The position numbers and the translations under genes were made by a program. This document shows positions 52,239 through 64,000 of a stretch of 64,000 bases of DNA, one piece after another. The notes beneath the pieces are model-generated. The model saw only the letters and a program-made list of their open reading frames with translations, ran no database searches and was not told the origin of the DNA. Within the stretch, counting starts at the first letter, position 1. Every line of letters starts with the position of its first letter. This stretch comes from Adineta vaga (lineage: Eukaryota; Animalia; Rotifera). The stretch lies in contig CP075492.1 of the NCBI GenBank assembly GCA_021613535.1, forward strand, positions 1,240,001 to 1,304,000, written 5' to 3'.

Positions 52239-52287
52239 TTGAGGGGTGAGGGTGATAAACAGAAGAACAGCCCACACTCTCACCCTA
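52239..52287. repeat. Telomere-repeat hairpin element
   Basis: TTGAGGGGTGAGGGTG...CCCACACTCTCACCCTA. Confidence 0.7.
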
Positions 52288-52478
52288 CCAAACCAAACAC
52301 AATCGAACAAAACAAATATTTATTTCAAAAGAAAATCGATGTACTTGTACATCAGCATGGCGCATACATAAAATATGTCGTAGACTTCAAAACATAGTGC
52401 ACTCACGCGAAATCTAGAAATCTAATGTGATCATTGAGATACCACCTAAACAAGATATTATGATCATATCGCAATAAT

Positions 52479-52538
52479 AGGTGTGGGTAAAGATACAAAA
52501 TGAACCAACTACAATCACACCACACCCACACCCTCAAG
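52479..52538. repeat. Telomere-repeat hairpin element (family I)
   Basis: GGTGTGGGT-aaagatacaaaatgaaccaactacaatc-ACACCACACCCACACCCTCAAG. Confidence 0.85.
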
Positions 52539-52644
52539 ATGAAAAAAAAAGTACGACATATGAGTAATGATAATCTATCCATCATTCTTTATCTTTTATT
52601 TGTTTGTGTATACCAAAACAGTTGATTATACAGAATTTTGTTTG

Positions 52645-55600
52645 TCAAAACTCTTTTGAATATGTTGTTGAAGGTAAAACAAAGAGTACAAAACCAAGTA
52701 ATTGTGGTGTATAGGAGAATAGATAAGCAGCGTATAATAAACGTCTTTGCCAGAAGAACATTTCTGTACATGAAAAAGTTAATGAAATAATAATTTGTGG
52801 TAAAGAACTAAAAATAATGATCAACGGAGTAATATATAATTCTTTTTGACTATTGAATTGTTGTTTAAGATGAATAAAGAATTTATCGTAATTATGTTTC
52901 GAACGTACACGACTTCGAGTAGAGAGAAAAACAAGAAATGTAATTGAAATAATTTGAATAAAGAATGGAATCAAATGATGAAAAAGTACATTACCAAAAT
53001 TATATGATAAAAATATTGAAGAAAAATTTCCCACACACATTACATATCCACTAGGATCTTGTATGATCGTATAAAAGATCAATTCATGACAATGCATTAT
53101 AGATACAATAATTAGAGTAATTAAACTTATTCCTAAAGCTAATTTAGGTATTTTTAATCGTTTACTAAAAGGAAAAAGAACTAAACATAATCGATCGAGA
53201 GCAATCCAACTCGTTAACCAATAAGTATAACGAATCGATATTGATAAGATAAAAGAAATTGCTTTACAAGAAATAATACGTAATATTGAATTGAAATAAA
53301 TATCAATCACTTTACATAGTAATGATAAAAGAGAAAATTGATTGAAAATCGATACAATAAGAAGATAATAACCAACATTAAATTTACGTGGAGTCGGCCG
53401 TTTAAATGTAATAAAACTTCCATAATTAGTCCATCCACCTACAAGAAACAATAATAGACTAATAATCAAATAAATCATATGAACATTTCGATTCTCTTGA
53501 ACAATCAATGAATCTATTGTAAAACTCATTTGTCGATTATCAAATTGACAAAATTGTCCTTGATAACATGATGGACAAATACATAGGAATTTATTATTTA
53601 TATCATTTAAACATCGACCATTGGCTAAACATTGAGAACATTTATCATAATAATGATTATAAATAAAACATTCAACTCTTGTGTGTTTATTATTACATAT
53701 ACAAAAATAATTTTCATCATAAAAACATAATAAATGTAAATTCTTTTGACAACGAGAATGATATTTCGATAGATAATAATCTATAGAAGAGAAATATCGT
53801 ATATATCATCTTTTATTGTTCTCAATTAATAATTCAAAGAAAAATATTTCACTTACTTTCATTATTTGAAAATAAAGAATGAACATGTTTACATTGATTA
53901 TATTCTTCAAAAGATATATTTGTTCGAATAAATGTTTGATTTATTTGAATTGTTAATAGATAAATTTGAAAATGATTAAGAAAATAAATTTTTAATAAAA
54001 TTAATTCTGGAATTATTCCATTTTTATGAATATAATGAAAATAAGAAGGTAAAATAGAATAAATATTTTGATTAATAAGTATTAAATCTAAATCAATAAA
54101 ATCTATTTGAAAATATTGAATAACAAGAGCTTGATAAGTAATATTTGTATTCTTTTTAACATTTAAATAAATTGATTGTTCAGAATCTTGACAATTTTTT
54201 CCGTAAAATCCTTCGATACATTGACAATTATATTCATTTGGTTTGGATTGTGAATAACATGTTCCATTATGATGACATGGATTAGTTGAACAAACATCTA
54301 AAATTAAATGACATCGTTGACCAAAATAATTCAATGGACAAATACAATAAGGCCATGAATATCCCGAAATCAAACTTTGTGAATCCGGTTGACATAATGC
54401 AGTTGATGAACAATAATTTTGATGGCAAAGTTGATTAATATTTGTACAATTCAATCCCGAATAGTTACTTTTACAAAGACAAATATATTCTGATGGATTA
54501 TTTTCAATTTGATAACATTCTTGATTTGAATTACATGGTTGATTGATTAAACATGGATTTGATATATTTTCATTTCGATTAAGAAATCGAATAACTTTAG
54601 CTAAACGATAAACAGAAAGATAATCAAAATAAATGAAATATTTCCACACAGCATAACGTCGTGCTTTTTCATTGTTTAATAATTCATAAGCTTCAATACG
54701 AATTGTATAAGGATGTTCAGTAATAATATTTAATCGATTGAAATATCGATTTTGTTTTTTAAGAATAAATTCTTTTGATCGAGAATAATCAAAATAAATC
54801 ATTTTCTTTGTAATTTTATTGATTTCATCGATTGGTCGAAGATGAAATTCTTTTATATCAATAACAAGATGATAATATAGAAGAAGAATCAGATATTTAT
54901 TAGTAATATTCTTTGTAGAATTTGAATAAGTAAAATTAATATGAATATTCAATGTGAGACGATCTGTATGATATTGACATTGATCACCATGATATTGTGG
55001 AGGACAAAAACAAATAAAAGAATTATTAAATAATTTTATAGGAATACCACGATTACATTGATTTAATATTGTATTCAATGGAATTTCTTCAGAATCATTT
55101 GTTTGATTTTTTGTAAGATTTTCTAATCGAACCGATACGAATGGATATTGAAGTAATTCAATTGTTTTTCTTCTCATTTGTATTTCAACTTTTTTCTCTT
55201 CACGATAAGGTCTTTTGAATTGTGATACGACTCGAAATGTACACATATATTCATCTTCACCATAGAGACAATTCAATATACCATCACATCGTCCTTCTGT
55301 ACATGTACCATTCCAACATTGAAAATTCGGTGGATGGATATGAGAACATTGATTAGTTGCATAACATAGTTTACAGAAAGATTCAGTATAGGGACTAATT
55401 GTCAAAGTAGATATATATCCGCGTGAAATAGTTAAACAACTTTTCATAGATAAACATGGAGAATAATATTCAAGTTTAGTTAATAATTGATAACAATGAT
55501 CAAGAATATTCTTTTCATCACATCTATTGAAACAATTCATTTGAATAATTTTTTCCGATGGTAAATTAATGCAATGTTCATTCAGATGAGAAGAAAGAGA

Positions 55601-57733
55601 AATATCATTTGGTAAACATTGAAATTGATCGGTTGAATTGCAAATATTCCAAAGAGAATTTTTTGGATAATTTTTATAGAAATTCTCTTTTAAATTAGAA
55701 ATGTTCTTAAACAATCGAGAATTATGATTAGATAAAGAAATATTCCAAGCAAAAAAATTTTCTTCATCCGAACCATCAGGACAATCCCATTCACCATCGA
55801 ATATCCAATTCAAATCGATACAATGTCCACTATGACATTGAACTTGTTCTTCTGAACATATCCATAATTGACAAAAAATTCGATTTTCATCCGATATTCT
55901 TGAATTATCTTCAAATGTATCACACCAAGAACGAAAGGGAAGAGTTTTATTCGAGAAATCTTTCGTCTGAGTATTATTGTGGATCGTTAAATTCCATGAA
56001 GTTTCAATATATTGACGAATAAATTGACAATCAACTTTGGATTGACTATTACAAATCATTCTTGACAGTGCCATTTGAGTTCCCATAAAAAATTCATCAT
56101 AATTATTTTTACATGAAGTAATTGAATTTCCCAATTCATTCGCATAGAAACAAGTGACTTGTTCGGAAGAACATCGGAAACGATGACGTTGAACATTGGA
56201 ACACGATTGAGTAATTAATTCATTTGATTGTTCTTCATCTCTCTTGAAAAAACAGTTGCTAATACCATCGTGAATTCGATAAGTTGAAAGACATCTTTTT
56301 GAATAAACACAAACATCAATAAAATTATAAGAACGATTATTAAATGTTCGAGAATCGTTATGACAAAATGGATCGTAACCCTTATTTGATAAATTTCTAA
56401 GCGGTATACCAGCTGAACATACGAATCCTTCCGCTAGTTGAAGGCCATGAGAAAAGTCAAACGACCATGGTAATTTATCGAAATGCTTTAAATCTCCACG
56501 ACATTTTATAGTTCCATTTATCCTCCATGATTGTGCTGTATGCGTCAAACCAAATGGCATAACATAATACCCGAAAATATATGGAGCAATAAGACCTCGC
56601 TTAGGATAATAACTGACATTCCATGCCGAGCAAATACTAACGAATAATTCGATACATTGACTTTTGTTTCTTTGACAAGAACAATCTTGTTTCAAACCAA
56701 ACGATATTTGACATATTTTAAGATAATGACAATAATCATCGATGTTTTGTTCGTCAAAAGTTTTATTTTTCGAACATCTTCCATTCTGTAAAGTCCATAA
56801 ATCTTCTTCGTACGCAGTTTCACACCAAAAAAACTGATCGCGTCGATTCATACAATCTGGCAAACCACGAGTACTACTATGAAAAGGCATGCGATCTAAA
56901 ATACATTGTCCATCACCACAAGACCATTGATTTGGATGACATATTCGATCATCACATAGATAATTAGCCGATTGAAAAGCACAATTTGTCTCATTAAATA
57001 AATCTTTTTCATCAGACATATCCATACAATCAAAATCACCATCAAGAAAAAATTCATCTGGAATACACATTCCATTCATACATCGATATTCATCTGATTC
57101 ACATTCATTAAATTCTAATAAATCACAATTTTCTTCATCATATCCATACATACATTGTTGATTACCATCACAAATATCTCTCCAATCAAGACATAACATA
57201 CCAAAATCACATATTAATGTCTTATAACAAACAATATCACCAATATACATAAGTTTTTCAGAGTTTTTATTAAATTTTGCAGATACTACTGTTTCAAATA
57301 CATTACCCAATGGTAATAAATATTCACAATACTTGCCAAAAGATTGTTTATTTGTGCATTCACAAAGATATTCTTCTGTTTCGTTTGATTTATCTTTATA
57401 TTTCAAATAATAGATATATTCTTCGACTTGATCAAGTGAAGATTTCCAATTATGTAAAATTTCATGTACACTGATATTTTCCTTCCATAAAGAGAAAAAT
57501 GAATGACGTTTACCTTCATAACAATGCCATGGTTTATAATCACGTTCTAATTTTATTGGATATAATGGCCGTAGACAATAGAATAGCGTTTCATAATAAA
57601 GACAATCATACGTTTGAATAGATAAACTATCTTTTGTATTATAAAGATAAATGGAATCTTTAATTGAAGAAGCAAATTGTACGAAGAGAATTACCGATGG
57701 TATAGAAAACATAATGGATGATTCTGTCAACAT
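52645..57733 (-). CDS. Large receptor: LDLa repeats + EGF repeats + class A-like 7TM
   Basis: 1294-aa exon with CDG..DC.D.SDE LDLa and EGF motifs, one intron at about 53783-53853, then EGF and 7TM (WIALDR). Confidence 0.85.
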
Positions 57734-57923
57734 TTTTTCTAGAAATGTGAAAATTTTTCTCTTATTCTTTGTGTTAATAGAACATGAGATATTTAATTAA
57801 AAGTTAGGAACAAATACATTATTGATGCCATGCTCTTCTCAATTTCTTTGGAACGTGATTTATGATTTTTTTTTCTCATTGCTATCGGATGACATTAATG
57901 AATTCATCTATTCTCAGTTAAAT

Positions 57924-57992
57924 AAGAGGGTGGGTGTGGGTAAAGATACAGAATGAACCAACTACAATCACACCATATCCACATCCACTCTT
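57924..57992. repeat. Telomere-repeat hairpin element (family I)
   Basis: AAGAGGGTGGGTGTGGGT-aaagatacagaatgaaccaactacaatc-ACACCATATCCACATCCACTCTT. Confidence 0.85.
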
Positions 57993-58790
57993 CTCTGCTA
58001 TCTGCTCGACACTCAATACTCTACTACGAGATATTGTAGTTATTATCAATTGACGATTCCCTAAGCCTGTTTCTGATTTATATATGCACCTGTAACTGAC
58101 GAAGATAATTCTGAATTATGTGAACAAACATAATACGATAATATTCGTACTGAAGCCTTTTGAAATGGATCTTTTGATTTAAAAATAAAGTGTAAAGGAG
58201 ATGTTTCATACTCATCCAATGTTTCACAACTTTACAATATCGATCTATTGATCAAGATAGTGTTATTTCATTCATGAAAAATATCCATGTTTTAATATAA
58301 TTCTATAAGAAAATGATCTATTTTTGTCGAGAAAAATCTTGTTGAGATATTCATAATTTATCATTATTATAATTTGAAAGAAAAGTTTTTTTTTAACTTC
58401 ATGTTTTCCTAAACAATATATTTATCAGCTATATGTTCATTCATTTCCAACTGAGAAAATGAGTTTTATTTTCATAATAACTTCATTAACTTATTTTCTA
58501 AAAAAAGAACTATAATTAAAATGATATAATATATTGAATTTCAATGAGAATCTTCTATTGTGTAGAAGTCTTTCATATACATGTTGACAAGTTTAATTCA
58601 CGAATATATAATTCATCATATTGATAATGACAAGATGTGACGTCAATATTCTATCTAGTTTTTTTTTCTAATCTTAAAAGTCAAAAGGCAATAATTATCT
58701 TTTCATAATAAAAGTAGATAAATTTTAATATCATTTGGAAAAAGAATTTTTCTTAACGTCATACATATCGTCACATTGATTAATATTACA

Positions 58791-59699
58791 ATGTCAACAT
58801 CAATTTTACCTTATATTCAACTTCAAATAATTCGTTATGGAACACCAACACTTCTTATTTTAGGTAATTTTGGTAATATTTGTATTATAATTATATTTCT
58901 TAAACGTCGTCAAAGTTCTTGTGCAATGTATTTATTATTTAATGCAATATTTAATAGTATTTATTTAACATTTAATGTTATTTTATCTTTCTATGGTCTT
59001 TATTATGGAAATCCAACAAGTTCAAATCTTATTCTTTGTAAATTACGTTATTATTTATCACAAACATGGAATCAAACAGCTGTTTGTTTTGCAATATTTT
59101 CATGTATTGATCGTTTTTCTTTAGTTACACGTTATAAATATCTTCAATCAATGAATAAATTATTTATAATTCGATTAATTATTGGAATAACTTGTATTTC
59201 TTGGTATATTATATATATTCCAACATTATTCTTTGTAACAATTGAAAATCGATCATGTATATTAATTGGTACATATAATATTATTTATTTTGTTTATATT
59301 GCAATTTTTCATTCATTAATTCCACCAATGTTAATGATTATATTTGGATTTTTATCTTATCGAAAAATGATTCAATTACATTTACGTGTTCAACCTATGA
59401 TGAATAATAATAATAATACTATTACAATTCAAGATCGAGATCGAGAATTATTTCGTATTGTACTTGCTCAAGCATTTACTTATGTCTTAACAATTTTACC
59501 TTATCCATTTATTATTTTAGTAGTTGCTGTTAGTAATTATATTGGTATAGAGAAAAGTGTACAACGTATACAAATTGAAAACTTTTTGTCGGTTATTGGA
59601 GTAATACTTCTTTATTTAAATTGTTCTACGCCTTTTTATACATATTTTGTAGTTTCAAAAGCATTTCGTAAAGATTTTATCAAGATTTTTATTCGATGA
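58791..59699 (+). CDS. Intronless class A GPCR
   Basis: GNFGN, CKLRYY, SCIDRF, PPMLM, FYTY..VSKAFR. Confidence 0.88.
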   Translation: MSTSILPYIQLQIIRYGTPTLLILGNFGNICIIIIFLKRRQSSCAMYLLFNAIFNSIYLTFNVILSFYGLYYGNPTSSNLILCKLRYYLSQTWNQTAVCFAIFSCIDRFSLVTRYKYLQSMNKLFIIRLIIGITCISWYIIYIPTLFFVTIENRSCILIGTYNIIYFVYIAIFHSLIPPMLMIIFGFLSYRKMIQLHLRVQPMMNNNNNTITIQDRDRELFRIVLAQAFTYVLTILPYPFIILVVAVSNYIGIEKSVQRIQIENFLSVIGVILLYLNCSTPFYTYFVVSKAFRKDFIKIFIR

Positions 59700-60047
59700 A
59701 ACCATCCAAGTTCATAATGTTACATTTTGCTAATGAATAAAATAAGACATGAGATTAAATTATTCTTTAAGAGGATTTTATTTTACGCAGTATAATTTGA
59801 TTCATTATGAAAGTGAAAAATTCTCTCATCTTCAGGATAAATATCATTCGAGGACGTCACATTCAGATTTAAAGTTCAGAAGACATTTGTGTATTAAAAC
59901 AACTTCTTTCTTATTTTGTAAAAGGAAAAAAGTTCAATCTTATACATATATTCTTTGCCTTCACTGTTATTTTCACTCATATTTACATTCTATGAAATAT
60001 ATACATTATATGTGTAGAATTAGGTAAAAACTTATCTTTTGAGACTT

Positions 60048-60124
60048 TTGAGCTAGGGTGTAGGGTGTGGGTGTGGGTGTGTTAGTATTACATCTATCGA
60101 ACACCCACACTCACACCTTCTAAG
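60048..60124. repeat. Telomere-repeat hairpin element (family II, inverted relative to 31706)
   Basis: AGGGTGTAGGGTGTGGGTGTGGGTGTGT-tagtattacatctatcga-ACACCCACACTCACACCTTCTAAG. Confidence 0.9.
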
Positions 60125-60372
60125 TTCTTATTCTTAATGCCAACATCATTCAGTAAATGATAATGATCACGATCTTATTATCATCCAATAAATAAACAAA
60201 AACAATATTAATCGATAGTTTTAAAGATTTGTTAAATATTTATTTAATATCGAAAGCAAACTAAATATGAGATTCACAAGCACATTACATTAAGCAGTGT
60301 GAGATCAAAAACTGATAAGAAAAATTGAGAAACTTGATTGTCAATAGTATACAATGACAATCTGTCTTATTA

Positions 60373-63300
60373 TTATTCAGCATTAAAAGTAGCGGACGCC
60401 CCACCATTTACGATGAGTAAAAATGGTCCTGTAATATTTTTGTAATATGTTGTCACAACCACAATATATGTTCCTGTGAACTGAAGAAAATATCCAAATC
60501 CAAACTGATTATTTGCAGCGCCGTCGTCGTTCTGAAGAATTAAATTTTGAGAAGGAAACAAAGAATCGAAAGTGCCATTGTACAAATATCCATAGGTATC
60601 CATATTACTGTTTGATGCAATATTATAAAGTCCATTTATTGAAATATTGATTTTAATAGCTTGATAATAGTAAGGTGATCCTGAACAAACATCTGCACGA
60701 CAATACATTGAACTAGAATATGTCAAGGCTGATGAATAGGTCGATTCTATTCTTGGAGGACCTAAGCAAAGAAAATAAAAGAACAGAACACAAGGAATTT
60801 GAGCTTTTACTCAATCTTCTGTATTTATGTCTGCATACTTCCATAAACAAGAATTTAAAAAATAAAACTTCTATTTCCAGAATATTATTCTTAGTATTCT
60901 CGCTCAAAACTCACAAGATCATCTGTTATCGTTCCACTAAATTAATCTTACATAAGTCAAGTTCTTACCTGTAATATTTAGTTGATTATAATTAGTTGAT
61001 GCTGGACCAACTACGATGAGTAAAAATGGTCCTATAACACCGCTGTAGTATGTTGTCACAACCACAATATATGTTTCTGTAGACTGGAGAAAGTATGTTA
61101 GTTTGAAGTCAAGACGTCCAGCGCCGTTACTATTCTGAAGAATTAAATTTTGAGAAGGAAACAAAGGATCGAAAGTGCCATTGTACAAATATCCATAGGT
61201 ATCCATATCACTGTTCCATGAAGAAATACTAAAGTTTCCACTTGTTGATGTATTAATTTGAATAGCTTGATAATAATAGACTGATTCTGAACAAACATCT
61301 ACACGGCAATACATTGGACTAGAATATGTCAACGATGATGAATAAATTGATTGTACTATCGGTAGACCTAGTTTGAGAAAGTAAATGTTTTGCTTTCTTG
61401 TTGTAGAATAATCTTTCTATTCTATCAGCCGCGATGTCAACAAACTTTCTACAGCACTTTCGCCTTGAATAAAGAAGAATCTTGCATCAGGAGAAGTAAA
61501 GACAAGGAAGAATTTCGCAATGGGAACTGTAAAAAACCGAGAAGTAGTTCTATCTTATATATGGATGGTGGTATAAATTAGAATGATAAGTGAAAAATGC
61601 GAAGCAGTAGGCTCTCTGTCTCTGTATTTTTCTGACACGTGAGGTTTTCAATTTCGAAGGTTCTGGACCGATATCGGGTACATTCGCTAGTTTACAATAA
61701 TTCCTAAATTATAACTAAAATTTATATACAATAATACGCGTGCGTTTTCGTCCTTTTTTTTCAGAGAAAAACAATTTTCTAATGGAAAACCAGGGCCTTT
61801 GAGACTTCATTGGTCGTAACGAGCACGACAGTCGGATTTAGCAATGTCTAGAGCTGAAATAGATTTTCAAGTGACATATGAGATCTTTCTAATGCTAAAA
61901 AGTTACTGAAGAAAATCATCTTCATAACGATATCGTGGTATCATATATTATCTGCTCTTTGTTTGTTTTTATCGCATCATGCTTTACATGAACATTTAAT
62001 AGCTGATGTACATTAGTGACAGAAAGAAAAAGTGGGTAAATGACTAACAATTTTTTTCATTTATCATTATAGAAAATTTCTACAGATCAAAAGTGAACAT
62101 CAAGACTCAACTCTGTAGTACTTATTCTCATATATATTTATATAACATAAAACTATAAAAAAAAATTGTTTTCCTAAACTGGCGAAACCATTTGTGATAC
62201 TTTCACTATATTAGTTCATCCTATAAACTATGTTGAATGAATACATAATTTGAAGCGTTCTTCTTTAACGATGTTAAAATAAGGAGTTAATGTTACATAG
62301 CTCAATTTCATACCTGTCATATTAAGTTGATTACAACGGAATAGTCCTGGACCATATGCAATAAGTGAAAATGTGCCCTTCTCGAATTGATATACTGTTG
62401 TTACAACCACAATGTATGTCTCTGTAGACTGAAGAAAATATGCGAATCCAAAGTCACCATATTTATCGCTGTCATCATTTTGAAGAATTAAATTTTGAGA
62501 AGGAAACAAAGGATCAAAAGTGCCATTGTACAAATATCCATAGGTATCCATATCACTGTTCCACGAAGAAATACTATAGTTTCCACTTGTTGATGTATTA
62601 ATTTGTATAGCTTGATAATAATAGACTGATCCTGAACAAACATCTGCACGACAATACATTGGACTAGAATATGTCAACGATGATGAATAAATTGATTGTA
62701 CTATCGGTAGACCTAGTTAGAGAAAGTAAATGTGTCGTTAATTCTATCGATAACCTATGTATTTTAATTTGGTTCTATCAAATAATAGAGATGAAAGACA
62801 AAATAGCAATCATTCACTCAATAGTTATTTTTTCTATGTAGTTGAAAGTATTGAATAAATATATAATTTCGAACGTTTTTCTTCAACAATTTCACTTTTT
62901 CATGCAGCGAATTAGCCTTAGATAGCTCAAGTTCTTACCCGTTATATTTAGTTGATTATAACGAATTAGCCCAGGACCATATGCAATAAGTGAAAATGTG
63001 CCTTTCTCAAACTGAGACACGGTTGTTACAACTACAATATATGTTCCTGTGAACTGAAGAAAATATCCAAATCCAAACTGATTATTTGTAGCGCCGTCGT
63101 CGTTCTGAAGAATTAAATTTTGAGAAGGAAACAAAGGATCGAAAGTGCCATTGTACAAATATCCATAGGTATCCATATCATTGTTCCATGAGGAAATACT
63201 ATAATATCCACTTGTCGATGCATTAATCTGAATAGCTTGATAATGATAGACTGATCCTGAACAAACATCTGCACGACAATACATTGAACTAGAATATGTC

Positions 63301-64000
63301 AACGATGATGAATAGGTCGATTGTATTCTTGGAGAACCTAAGCAAAGAAAATAAAAGAACAGAACACAAGGAATATGAGCTTTTACTCAATCTTTTGTAT
63401 TTATCTCTGCATATTTCCATAAACAAGAATTTAAAAAATAAAACTTCTATTTTCAGAATATTATTCTTAGTATTCTCGCTCAAAACTCACAAGATCATCT
63501 GTTATCGTTCCACTAAATTAATCTTACATAAGTCAAGTTCTTACCTGTAATATTTAGTTGATAATAATTAATTAATGCTGGACCAATTCCGAATAGCCAG
63601 TATGCTCCTGACACATATGTTTCATCTGTGGTCACAATGACAATATATGTTTCTGTAGACCGAAAAAAATGACTCAATCCGAATTGCCCTGTTGCAGGAC
63701 CTTCGTTACTCTCAAGAATTAAGTTTTGAGAAGGGAACAAAGGATCGAAAATGGCATTGTACAGATAGCCATATGTGTTCACACTACCACCCGATACAAT
63801 ACTGTAATTTCCACTTGTTGTTACATTGATAAGTAAAGCTTGATAATAATAGAGTGATTCAGAACAAAAAACTTTACGACAGTACGCTGAACTACGTGAA
63901 GTTAGAGCTGATGCGTAGGTTGAATACACTACTGAAGAATTGCCTGTCAAAAATACAATAAATAATGAGAGTTTTAATCTGTATTGGTCTCTTTCTAAAT
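60373..64000 (-). CDS. 3' part of a tandem-domain protein (at least 5 exon-encoded DTYGYLY-type domains), same family as the 13576 gene
   Basis: Exons at about 63546-63943, 62939-63338, 62313-62712, 60969-61368, 60373-60761; duplicated introns. Confidence 0.8.

Noticed and set aside
285-60124. CRISPR array interpretation of the repeat-spacer-repeat elements
   Set aside because: Repeats are inverted and kilobases apart, no cas genes, eukaryotic context.
60713-60974. ORF pairs duplicated at 63289-63550
   Set aside because: They lie in duplicated introns; the similarity reflects DNA duplication, not coding function.

Overview
AT-rich, intron-containing animal DNA. The gene families (NHL propellers, ART-TPR, LDLa-EGF-7TM receptors, tandem 'DTYGYLY..DD..G' domain proteins, intronless microbial-type enzymes) and short GT-AG introns point to a bdelloid rotifer (inference). 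The window holds about 18 mostly intact genes: a secreted NHL-ricin-PAN-M60 peptidase chimera, TPR-SET/MYND, a pLGIC, a GH29 fucosidase, NmrA-like, SAM methyltransferase, AKR7, MDR oxidoreductase, GPCRs and small orphan genes. It also holds several truncated or decayed gene fragments, and hAT, CACTA/EnSpm-like and piggyBac remnants. The most striking unexplained structure is about 24 copies (some degenerate or half) of a short inverted repeat, consensus ATCTTGAGGGTGTGGGTGTGGGT-[variable spacer]-ACCCACACCCACACCCTCAAGAT. Its arms are bdelloid telomere hexamers (TGTGGG/TGAGGG) in telomere-fusion orientation. Copies sit in most intergenic intervals, were not seen in exons or introns, fall into spacer families, and several lie exactly where neighbouring gene fragments are cut off. 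All calls come from reading the sequence by eye; no database searches were run.
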